Part shown: positions 13,901 through 24,486 of the stretch, in pieces
How the letters are laid out: each line of letters begins with the position of its first letter
Numbering within the stretch: position 1 is the first letter of the stretch
Assembly (NCBI GenBank): GCA_964276515.1
Contig: OZ193909.1
Location: 14,446,001 to 14,510,000, forward strand
Direction of reading: 5' to 3'
Length of the DNA: 64,000 nucleotides
Origin: Gordius albopunctatus
Lineage: Eukaryota
Program-made: the position numbers and the translations under genes
The notes under the pieces: generated by a model
The model's input: only the letters and a program-made list of their open reading frames with translations
The model's database searches: none
What the model was told of the DNA's origin: nothing

Positions 13901-16900
13901 TTTTTTTACTGGTGCCCCCCTTAAAATCAAAATTGCTTTATAATAAAGGCAGACTCATTTTAATTAAGCAAAAGTTTAAGAATATCTGCATTTTTTATGG
14001 TGCCTACTGAAGATAATGAATGGCTTGTTAGAAATAAACTAAAAATTTTTTTCTGAATTAGGATTTACTTTTTTTCTAATGCTTTTACTTTTGGCAAATT
14101 TTTTTAAATGTTGTTAAATCTGTTCGTTTTTTTTGGAGATAAAATTTTTCTGCCATTTAAAACTATCAAAATCAATTGTCCTCTCTGGTGAGAAAGAGGG
14201 TAAAAAGTAAGGTGGGCAAAACAGCCCCCCCCTTTTCCTCTGGTGAGAAAGAAGGTAAAAAATAAGCCCCTCCCCTCTGGTGAGAAAGAGGGTAAAAAAT
14301 AGGGGAAGGCCCCCCCCCCCAGTGAATTAGAGGGTAAAAAATGAGGGCGGGGGGAAACATCCCACCCCTCCCCTCTGGTGATCAAGAGGATAAAAGATAA
14401 GACCCCCCCCCAGTGAATTAAAGAGTGAAAAATAAGGGGGGGGGACGTTTTTTAAAAATCTTTTGAATACTTAGCATAATATATTTATAAACCCAGCATA
14501 TAATTAAATACTTAGCATAATTTATTTAAATACTTAGCAATATTTTAAATTCTTAGCATAATATATTTAAATACTTAGCAATCATTTAAATACTTAGCAT
14601 AATATATTTAAATACTTAGCAAACAAATAAAATACTTAACAAATATATAAAATACTTAGTAAAATTCATTTAAATACTTAGCAAATAAATAAAATACTTA
14701 GCATTTGAATTTAATACTTAGAATTAATTTAAATACTTAGCAAACGAATTAAATACTTAGCAAATGAATAAAATACTTAGCAATTTGAATAAAATACTTA
14801 GCAAATAATTTGTTGTGATTTCAAAAATCAACTCTCGAGAAGAAATCTGATTTTAAATTAAATGTATACAAAGGGAACTTTGAAGTTTTTTCGAATATTT
14901 ATAAATTGAGCAATTGTTAAAATTTGGGCAAAAAATATTAAAAAAACCTTAACTTTTTTTGTCAAGGACGTCTATTCAAAAAATTCTAGACAATCGCTAA
15001 GAACTCAATTAAAAGATAAACAATTGTTAAGGAAGTATAGCGTTTACAATGGTAAAAAGGTATTCGTTAAAAATATCCATTTCAACACACTCCATATTAC
15101 GAAAACTTTGAGAAGAGAGATAGCAATCGTTATAAAATATCAGAACAAACATTTGGTAAAGTTTTATGGGCTATGCTGTGAACCCTCTAAAATAGCCATA
15201 ATATCCGAATATATGCCCAAAGGAAATTTGCAAGGGATGCTACTCAGTGATCTTTCACTAGATTGGACTTTCAAGTATTCATTAATCAACGATCTTATAC
15301 AAGTAAGTCAAGCAATTAAATAATTACCTTGGGTAGGTATATTTAAAGAGTATTATTACCCATTTCGGTTTTACAATTTTTTTAATTATTACTAAGCTCG
15401 CACAATTTGCACATCAATTATGTTTTTAACCTTATAGCTTATAAATATGTACATATACATTGCACCAATAGTCCCTTAAAGTTGTTTGATCGGGTATAAC
15501 TAAAGCAATCGCCTTTTTGAAATAACTAATAATCTAAGGTTAAACAATAAATGTGGAAAACCTATTGTATTTTTTTTTTTGTTAAAAAGTTTATTTTCAA
15601 GAAACAAAGTTACATTAATAAGCGAAATACAAAAATAAAGACATATTGGTTAAATACAAAGATTTATATCATTCTCTTCTAAAATGGGCCATGAGTCGGC
15701 AAAGGATTTAAAGTTGTATCGTGCAACAAGAATCCCTAGTTGTTGCCTGAGTAAAAAGGACGCAGAAATTTTAGATTTCGGGGTGCGTTTTCCGATTTCT
15801 TTAAAAAACCCCATTGCCTGTTTGCCAAAGGAACCGGAGCACGTGGCAACGACAGGGATAAAAATATTGGATGCCAAAAGGGCAGAATACTTTGTAGTTT
15901 TACGCCCTTCTTCTGTAGCGATAGGGTCGTAATTAAAATGGGAAGGGGCAAAAAGGTCAATACAAGTAAAATCCCATTTGAGGGATAGGCCATTTTGCCA
16001 GGGGACTAGAGAAGAGCCGTCAGGGCGCATTCTACCTTCAAGGGAGGGATCGGACGGCTCAAGGATTGAGGGGACTTTGGCCTTTTTAAGGGCAGCTTGA
16101 ATTAATAAATTAGCTTTAGTGTGCCTAACGTATTTATATTTGTTTGCTAGGCAGTGTAGAGGGTGCCTAGCATATTCGTCTACAACGGTAAGGCAGTTTT
16201 GACAGTTGAATTCTCTGCTGTAACTAATCCCCAACCTTAAAGCTATGGAATATGATGCTCAAAGTCTTCAAGCAGCATTCCCAAAATTTTGCTGGGATGT
16301 GCTTCAAGCCACTCGTGACCGGAACCGTCAAAAGCGAGGGACCTAAGGTTGTAATGCTGGCTATCATCGCTGCTCGATAAGAGGTAATCAACGGAGCGCG
16401 ATACTAGTCCAGAATCCCAATCCTTTTGTCTCGTACTTTGAGGTTGGATGGTCTCGGGTGTGACATTCAAATTCCAAAGCTCCAAGACTTGAGTTAGCAG
16501 GGGGTCGGAATCATGTTTTATGAGATTAAAAATTAAGTTTTGGACCGACTTAAAAGAGGAAATAAAAGCGGCTAGCGATATGCTGCCGGGAGGGCGAATT
16601 CCTAATCCTCCAGATTTGGTTGGGAGGGATGCTTGAATCCAATTGTTAGTATTAAATTTTAAATTTTAAATTTTTTCTAATAACGTTTTTAAAAAGCCTT
16701 CGTACGACTTTAAAACATCTGGGTGTAAAAATGCGCCAGATGAGCGAAAACAATGATTAATCTTTGAGATGTTAAAATAGTTTTTGATTATGTAAAATGA
16801 GTGATGCGCTGGCAAGCATTTTAAAAGTTCCGTTTTAGATTTTAAAATTTTAAGGTTCTTATGAAGAAAATTTAAGAGAGATTTTTCACCGCCAATGGGT

Positions 16901-19900
16901 GATCCCAAAAGGGATATGTTTTCCTTCTCTAAAACTAAAAAAGGTTTAAAAATTGGAAAGTCAATAGTGTTGGGGGCCTGAAAGATTTCACATTTTTTCG
17001 AGTTTAATGTAAGATTCAGAGTTGGTTTAAAATTGTTGATAATTTGTATAGCTTTACTGATCTCCTCCGGGCGGCCACATAGGGTGGCGTCGTCGAGATA
17101 CCAAACATTTAAATCCAGAATACACTGAGATGATATAGCCTCGACTAAATTATGAATGGCTAAACAAAACAAAGGAGGGCCTAATGGGTCTCCTTGTTGG
17201 ATGCCTTCGGACGAGTCAATGACGTATTCGCCGAATCGAAGCTTGGTTGTAGAACCATAGCTTAATAAAATGTAATTTACGAATTGTGAGAATTCAGCTA
17301 AAAAAGTGTTAATAAGGGTTTCTCTTCGAAATCTAAGGTTAAACAATAAATGTGGAAAACCTATTGTATTTTTTGCCTGTAATTTAATTGTTTCATTTAA
17401 TATTTCTAACATTTGACAAATTTTATATGATGCTTATATATTTTAAAGATTGACTTCAAAATGCTGAGTTAACATGAAATACGATTACTGAGAGGTTATT
17501 TGAAATTGCAGACTAATACTATCACTAGAAGATTTGTAAAAATTGCATAGAACCGATAAATGTGAAACTATTTCAGATATTAAGCTCGAAATTGTATTAA
17601 AAAGTTGAGTCTAAGCTATAATTTAATGGTAGCGTCTTAGTTAATATTTCGTATACATTATTTGATATCTCGAAGGGCCTGATTTTTATACACAATTCTG
17701 GATTTAAATGTCATGGGCATCTGAGGTCCGACAAATGTTTGTTGGACAATCGATTCGTTCTCAAAATAGCGGACTGTGGTTTACCAACAATATATGAAGC
17801 TAATATCTTTAGTAACGATAAAGTAGATCCCAGATTAGCCCTGATAAAACAATTATGGGTCGCTCCTGAAATTCTAAGACTTAGTACACCCATTACCTAC
17901 CAAGGTAATTTTACGATCTAATATATTTATATTTTAGAAAGACGCACACTTTAAAAAAGCTATTAAATATAACGGAGAGAGGTATAAACATAAGTAGTTG
18001 AAAATTGGTATGATGTCAAAAGACCCTTGACTTTTACATATCTTTCTACTAAGTTTCGTCACTACCTTGAATGTTGAACGTTTAAGTTAAAGTTGACGCT
18101 CATGCTAATTTTTTAAAGGTCATTTAAGATATCTGAAATAGTCTTTATTTGATTGTCCTCATAGTCAATAGATTTATCAATGATATTTTAATATAGGATC
18201 CCCCAAGGCGGATGTGTATAGCTTCGCTATATTGCTTCAAGAGATTATAGCTAAAATGCCACCATACGCGCTTAACTACCAAAACAGCAGTGATCATTTG
18301 GCAGACATATTATCGATGGTTAAAGCCGGTCTGACACCCCTTTACAGACCAATAGTAAGAAGGGATGAATGTCCGGCTAAATTATGCGAACTTATGGAAA
18401 TGTGTTGGAGTGAAAATCCTCAATCGCGACCTACCATGGATTACGTTGGCTCAGCATTTCAAAGATTCATCAAAGGACTCCATATATCCGATAATTATTT
18501 TGATAACATGCTGATACGGCTGGAGAAGTATGCTAGTAACTTGGAAAATTTAATTAAAATACGGACGGAGCATTTCGATGAAGAACGAAAAAAATCTCAA
18601 GAATTACTCTATAAAATTTTGCCCAAGTAATTTTAAACTAAAGATTTATGCCATTGATATTTTTAAATATTAGTTATGTTATTTTAAGTGAGTGTCATTG
18701 TGATAAAATCTGTCGTTATTTGTTAATTTTGTAATGGCTCTGGATAGTTAAGATTAAAAACCATTTTGCAGATATAGAAACCTACACAAGTTAAATTAGA
18801 TTTAATTCATTATAGACCGGTAGCTGAGGCCCTTATCAATGGCTTATCTGTTGAGCCCGAATCGTACGAAAGTGCTACTATATATTTCAGCGATATTGTT
18901 AAGTTTACTGACATGTCCTCAAAATGCTCTCCAATACAAGTGAACTTAACTATATTTCAATTTTATTTAAATAAATTTCTAAATCAGCCAGACATTATTA
19001 GTGTTGTTAAGGGAACCGAGAAACAGAGCTTATTTAGGAAATATAAGTAGGTGGCGTTAACAATAAGCTCATGTGCTTGGTCATAGATTTAACAGCGCTA
19101 GTTATAATGAGAGCTGTTAAATTGCTCACTAGACGCGAGCGGTGCACTAGGCAGAACAGCACGCAGATAACAGATTTATTAGAGGGAATTGCTATGAGTT
19201 AGTAACTTTAAAAATCTGCTCAAATTATATATCACAATAAATTAAAAACTTTGCCCCCCCCCCAACCCTTTGTTTTTTTGCCCCCTTTCCTCTACCCTCT
19301 CCCTTCCCCAGTGCTTTTTGCCCCCATTCCTCCTAAGGGGATTAAAATGGGGGGGGGGAATTCTGAATTTATTTGCGATATATAATATGAGCAGATATTT
19401 ATACTAACTTGTAGCACTAAAAAATCTGCTATCTGCTCGAGTTTCTGCTCGATCACTGTGCTCATTGCTTGAGCAGATTTTACTGCTTCGACTCTGCCTC
19501 TCGAGCATTTCTATATGCTACTTTTCTGCCTGGTGCGCCGGGTAGCTAGCACAGATTCTACATGCGCTTATTTAACAACTCAGTGTGCGGACTCGAACAA
19601 CAAGAACAACTCTAGTTTTAATGTATAAGGTGCTAATGATTCTATGTATAAGCATTGAAATATGCATTTTAAAAAAATTTTCATTTTTTAATATATATAT
19701 ATTGTTAAAACTTTACCTATCATGTTTAGATTGTAAACTTGTTGAACAATTTGTACAGCCAATGGGATAATATTATCCTAGATATGGATGTTTTTAAAGT
19801 AAGTACCTTATCATAATTTAAGTAATATTCAAATATCACTTATGCATTTTAGTTTATTCAATTTTTAAAAAAATGTAACGTTATCTGCAAATTATAGTTA

Positions 19901-22900
19901 TAGAAAATGTAAAATATCGTTAGCTTTATCATTAAGTTAAGCTACCATAAGATTAAGTTATGACCTTTAAATTAACAATGGAAAAATACAGCATGCCTAA
20001 GCCATTCTTTATGAACCAGATACGCCTGTCTGAAACTTAATATTAATTAGATCTATGCGATATTTTTTGTAACTTTTTTCAATAGCTTCTGTCTTTGATA
20101 TAATTTGATATTAATTCTAAGATTAAAAAAGTACTTTTTGCTAAAATATTTTATTTCTAAAAAATAGGTGGAAACAATTGGAGATGCCTATATGATAGTT
20201 TCTGGTATTCCAGTTCGGAATGGCAATAGGCACGCAAAAGAAATCTGTTCAATGGCGACCAGAATAAGGGAAGGTGTCAAAACTTTTAAACTAGAGATCG
20301 ATCCCGAAAGTCATCTGCAAGTTAGGATTGGTATACATTCTGGTAACAATAGTCAACTTGTGCACCAATAAATTAAGGCATTAGTTTTATTTACAAATTT
20401 CCTAAAAATCTGAATGCGATTTCGCCTTATAAATACCAATCCTGAGCTATAACTTAGTTATTAGAGTTTTTATTAATGATTTAATTAACGAAAAACATAT
20501 TTCATGTGTATAGCAGTGGCGTAGCTAAGGGCGGTGGGGGGCGTGAGGGCCAAGCCCCTTGGTCCCCCCCCCCCAAGGAAAAATCTTTGGCCCCCTGGCA
20601 ATTTTTTTTAATTTTATTTTAATTAAGAAACAATATGATGATTATAATTAACTGCTTCTGAATAAAACTCTTAATTTTCAATTTAATAATATATCAATAT
20701 ATTTTTAATATTGTTCAAAAAGTTCAGAACGAGTTTATAAGTCAAAAAATTTATTCAATAAATGCAATTTCAACGGTTAATAGCCTTATTAAGTGTTTAG
20801 AATGTTTATTATACTAGAGAACTGCAAATTCACTTTTTTACAACCTGAACCCGATCCGAAAGCTTTTTAAAATTTTTAACCCGAACCCGACCCGACCAAA
20901 AAGTAATTTACAATTTTCAACCCGGACCCGACCCGTCCCGAAAGCGTTTAAATTTTTTTTTACCGAATCCTTCCCGAACGCATTTCAAATTTTGGTATCC
21001 AATGGGAGTGTATGAAAAATCATGGTGTGCATGATGGGCGTAGCCAGGGGGTGGCAGGGACGGGCGGCCGCCCCCTCTAACTTCAAAAAATCTTAGAAAT
21101 TTTATTAAATTATGGCTAAAATTAAAAAATGGTTATTTTGCCCTTCATTTAATCATTATTGCCCCCTCCCCATGGCGGTGTGTAAAATATAACGACAAAT
21201 TAAATTGCGATTTAAAAACTAATTGTTACTAAATTTATTTGAATGATTTTATATTATAGAGAGGTATAAATATGATAGCTTCTGCAATATCGGGTCACAT
21301 TTAATTTAAAATATATTGTTTTGCAAATGAACAATTTAATAAATTTGAACTTACTTTTGTTTGTTTTATGAATATATATTTATGTAGTTTAAATTAATAA
21401 CGAACTACCACTTTACATTATTTAAATACAATTTAAAAATATTATTTTGTTGATATATTTTACCTTTCACGAGTCAAACTTAAATTTGCGTCCAAGTTAA
21501 AAGGAATTTAATTAAATGATTGAATGGTCTTCAATTATACATTTCGATATTAATTAAAAAATATTATACATAAGAGCATTAATTAAAACCAAATGTTCCG
21601 TGTATTTTGCATTATAAGATTCATAACCTTACCTGACACTTTAAATCCAAACCGACCCGAAACCCTTTTAAAATTTTGGACCACAACCCGACCCAAAGAC
21701 ATTTCAGAATTTTGAACCCGAACCCGATATCAGGTCAGGTCGGGTCCGGGTCGGGTTTCGAGGTATCCGTGCAGTTCTCTAGTTTAAACCCTTCTTTTTT
21801 TTGCAATAAATCTCTTATATTATAAAACCATTATGAGTTAGAACTAAGTTGCCTAAACATGGGCGTACCCAGGGGGGACCAGAGGGGCAGGGGGCGCGGC
21901 TTCCCCCCCCCCCCCTAATTAAAAAAAAGATGAAATTTTAATATAAAAACCCTTAAAAATTAAAAAAAATTATTTTTTGCCCCCCCCCCTATTTCAACTT
22001 AACTCAAATTAATACAGTAGGTAAATAGTCGAGACCTTTTTTTGCTCGCAGGAACATTTTTGGATAGTCAAGTAAAATTTTTTTAATAATTTGCCCCCCC
22101 CCCCTAATTCAAAACCTGTGTACGCCCATGTGCCTAAATGATAATGGCAACAAATTATGTAAGCTTATATATAAAAATGAAACTATGTGTGTGGCCGCCA
22201 CCAATTTTGGAAAACTACCAGACCGATTTATTCCTGACACTCCGGAGCATGTTTTAAGATTTGTTCGAGCCAAATCGGTCTAGTAGTTTTCGAGTATTCG
22301 TTCGCGTTGCACTGTATACGGGAATAGAACAATAGAAGTAGAACATATAGTAGACATCAAACTTTATTTTTACTTCAATAACCGCTTTATCATGATATAT
22401 GCCCTAAAATTCCAACATAATTTAATACACCCGGGTAAATGGCAAAACAACGTTTGTCTGATAAATTTTATTATTTTCATTAAAATAATTTTAACTATCC
22501 CACTAACTTCGTGTTCATGCGAACGATCGTTCTCATTGCTAAAACCGATTAAAACTTATCTTCGTTCCACAATTGGACATAATAGGTTATCGTTTTTAGC
22601 TTTATTGTCAGAACATGACTTTATAGATGTTATTACCCCGAATTGTATTATAAATTCATTTGCAACATCGAGTAAAAGTCGTAATGAACTGCTATTATTT
22701 AAAGACTAATTTTAATATTTAATTAAGAAATATCTGGGCTTTGAAACTCATTTTGAACTTTTTAACACTTTCAAAATATATTAAAATATTATTAAATTTA
22801 CGAAAATTCCATCCTGGATTTAATTTATTTGTCCATCTCACATGCTTATTGCTTAACATGTCTTGTATATTTTTATGTAACACTTGCACATATAAAGCCA

Positions 22901-23975
22901 ATGATTTTCGAAAAATGGCTTGCACACCATTTTTTCTCCTTTATAGTCATATCCCATCATAAGTTTGAGCAGCACATATGGCCTTTAAATTCATATTAAT
23001 AAAAAATTTCTGAATTTTATGACAATTGCTAATGCATCATCTAATCTTTCAAGGGATAAAAATCCCAAAAAAATTCCTTATGTGTGTCGTTGGATTCAAC
23101 AAAATGTACGCAAACACTAAGTTGTTCTATAAAAAATGTAGAAAGTTATTCAATCTATATTTTGTTTTCATTAAGCAATAATAACGAATGCATTTATTTA
23201 GGTCCTTGCGCAGCTGGTGTTGTGGGCGTGAAAATGCCGAGATATTGTCTTTTTGGGCAAACTATAGCTGTGGCATCTATGTTGGAATCGACGGGAAAAG
23301 GTTAATAAACATTTAACGCACCTGTTGAAATCATCGCATAATATTAATTAAAATACCCTAATTTATGGCTATGTTAATTTTACACGGGGCTATTAGCTTA
23401 ATTAAGAAGGACAGTGCTGTAATAATGTGTTTTATTGAAAAGGGATTCATAACGTTTATCTACAGGCTGAGAGGAAAGTGTTAGTAAAGTTTAAATAATA
23501 AAACTAGCAACACTTTTTATACATTCCCTCTACGTAGGGACTCAATATCTCGGGTTAATTTATCCTTAATTTGACGAATTGTGGTTTATTTTTAAAAAAA
23601 TTAAACATATTTATATTAAACTTTTTAAGATATAATAATAATTGTCGTTACTTTTAAAATTAGGTTTACTTTTTTTATAAATAAATATACAAAGTATGAT
23701 TAGTTTGCCCAATCTTCATTATTATAAAATGAAGCCAACTAAATTTAGTAATAATTGCAAACGTTTTTACAATAATTCTTTGTTTATGAAAACTAGCGAT
23801 GGAAATACAAATATCAGAAAGCACGAAAGCTTTGCTTGAAAACTGTACTGAATATACGTTTGAAGTAAATAAGATGATAGAAATTCAGGTATTTTTGTAA
23901 ATGGAATATATTTGTAAATTTTTCTAGCCTAATAAACATCTTCAAACCTATTGGCTAAACGACCTAAGCGAATAG
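7983..23975 (+). CDS. Receptor (single-pass transmembrane) guanylyl cyclase, NPR/gcy family, 15 exons, about 1039 aa, degenerate catalytic motif
   Basis: Hand-spliced GT-AG exons: 7983-8742, 9084-9203, 9274-9359, 11558-11615, 11713-12088, 12873-12990, 14967-15302, 17676-17904, 18197-18626, 18816-18939, 19730-19798, 20168-20342, 23202-23300, 23797-23888, 23928-23975. Total 3120 nt, no internal stop. Signal-like N-terminus [19 protein letters not shown]-receptor-like [20 protein letters not shown] and [11 protein letters not shown] helix [19 protein letters not shown]; kinase-homology domain ([33 protein letters not shown]); hinge [12 protein letters not shown]; cyclase [38 protein letters not shown]. 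The extracellular exons are less certain than the intracellular ones. Confidence 0.93.
9547..10430. mobile_element. Non-autonomous element with subterminal inverted repeats and 3' GC hairpin (Helentron/HINE-like), in a guanylyl cyclase intron
   Basis: TTGCTATGCAATTT near 9548 and its reverse complement AAATTGCATAGCAA near 10333-10346; internal tandem units; stem-loop CTGGGGGCGGAGCCCCCAG near 10412-10430. The family assignment is inference. Confidence 0.6.
13501..14817. mobile_element. Foldback/Mutator-like non-autonomous element
   Basis: Left arm is an array of TGCTAAGTA and right arm an array of TACTTAGCA. Inner inverted C-rich/G-rich units (ACCCTCTTTCTCACCAGAG vs CTCTGGTGAGAAAGAGGGT). Flanking 9-bp direct repeat ATTTCAAAA (13492-13500, 14818-14826). 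Confidence 0.8.
14967..18626 (+). CDS. Kinase-homology (pseudokinase) domain and dimerisation hinge exons of the receptor guanylyl cyclase
   Basis: Exons 14967-15302, 17676-17904 and 18197-18626. Motifs [26 protein letters not shown] (no HRD Asp, as is normal for rGCs), [23 protein letters not shown]. Confidence 0.93.
15571..17329 (-). mobile_element. 5'-truncated CRE-clade non-LTR retrotransposon (RT plus restriction-like endonuclease), decayed
   Basis: RT motifs [13 protein letters not shown] and WYLDD; CCHC knuckle CQNC..HPLHC; RH..; [18 protein letters not shown]. Poly(A) tail (T-run at 15570-15580); >=40-bp TSD (15531-15570, 17330-17369). In-frame stop at 16666 and a frameshift near 16245. 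Confidence 0.9.
18816..23975 (+). CDS. Class III guanylyl cyclase domain exons of the receptor guanylyl cyclase
   Basis: Exons 18816-18939, 19730-19798, 20168-20342, 23202-23300, 23797-23888 and 23928-23975 join to [11 protein letters not shown]...[13 protein letters not shown]...[36 protein letters not shown]...QTYWL; stop TAG at 23973-23975. Confidence 0.95.
18999..19583. mobile_element. Degraded hAT-like MITE(s) with (T/G)AG(A/T)G(C/T)TGTTAA termini
   Basis: TAGTGTTGTTAA...TTAACAGCGCTA (18999-19100) and GAGAGCTGTTAAAT...ATTTAACAACTCA (about 19109-19582), with inverted GAGCAGA/TCTGCTC motifs; no clear TSD. Confidence 0.5.
20815..21781. mobile_element. hAT MITE related to the 5525-7045 element
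   Basis: TIR TAGAGAACTGCA/TGCAGTTCTCTA and the same CCCGA subterminal repeats; TSD degenerate (5/8). Carries a nested ATGGGCGTAGCCAG MITE fragment at about 21034. Confidence 0.8.
21858..22130. mobile_element. hAT-type MITE, CATGGGCGTA family
   Basis: TIR CATGGGCGTAC(C/A)CAGG; perfect 8-bp TSD TGCCTAAA (21850-21857, 22131-22138). Confidence 0.9.
22165..22460 (+). mobile_element. Non-autonomous Helitron-like element (copy lacking the 3' CTAG end)
   Basis: Collinear with 30922-32063 minus the nested MITE; ends within GGCAAAACAACGTTTGTC. Confidence 0.7.
22465..22709 (+). mobile_element. hAT transposase C-terminal dimerisation domain fragment (ZMYM1-like)
   Basis: [55 protein letters not shown] terminus at 20514 may belong to the same element. 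Confidence 0.8.
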
Positions 23976-24486
23976 TTAGATGAAAATATATTAATTTATC
24001 ATTATTTTTAACATTCTTATTAAAATATTTGTGGTTGTATTTAAAATTTATACGAATAACCGTCTTTTCACATTAAAATGTAGTATAAAATTGTTAATAT
24101 ATTTAAGAATTTGTTTATGTCAATGTTGGATTTTCGTTTCTATTAATTGTATAATCAAGATTGTATTTATCATACAAACAATAAGAGCATAGTTATAAAA
24201 TATGTTTATTGAATGGTTTTAAAAATTATTTTTAACAAAATTATATTTTAAATTATTACAACAATAAAAAATATATATAGGCCATGGACATAAGAGACAT
24301 GAAAAACTTGGCCCCGCTGCTAGGCCCGGCCCGAGCAACTGTTGTAAATTTAAATTTTTGGGCGGGCCTCCACGGCTACAAGATTTGAGCAAATCGGGTT
24401 TAATGAGATTCTTTATAAGGTCTATGTTAATTTTTCAATTTTTTAAAATAATTGCAATCTATTTATTAAATTTTTTTATAGAATAT

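Noticed and set aside
13813..14385. Pro/Gly-rich short ORFs
   Set aside because: Translations of the C/G-run repeats in the foldback element.
17330..17412. N-terminus of the 248-aa RT ORF
   Set aside because: Lies in the TSD and flanking intron outside the truncated element; chance read-through.
17676..17760. Missing kinase HRD aspartate as a novelty
   Set aside because: Normal for the kinase-homology domain of receptor guanylyl cyclases.
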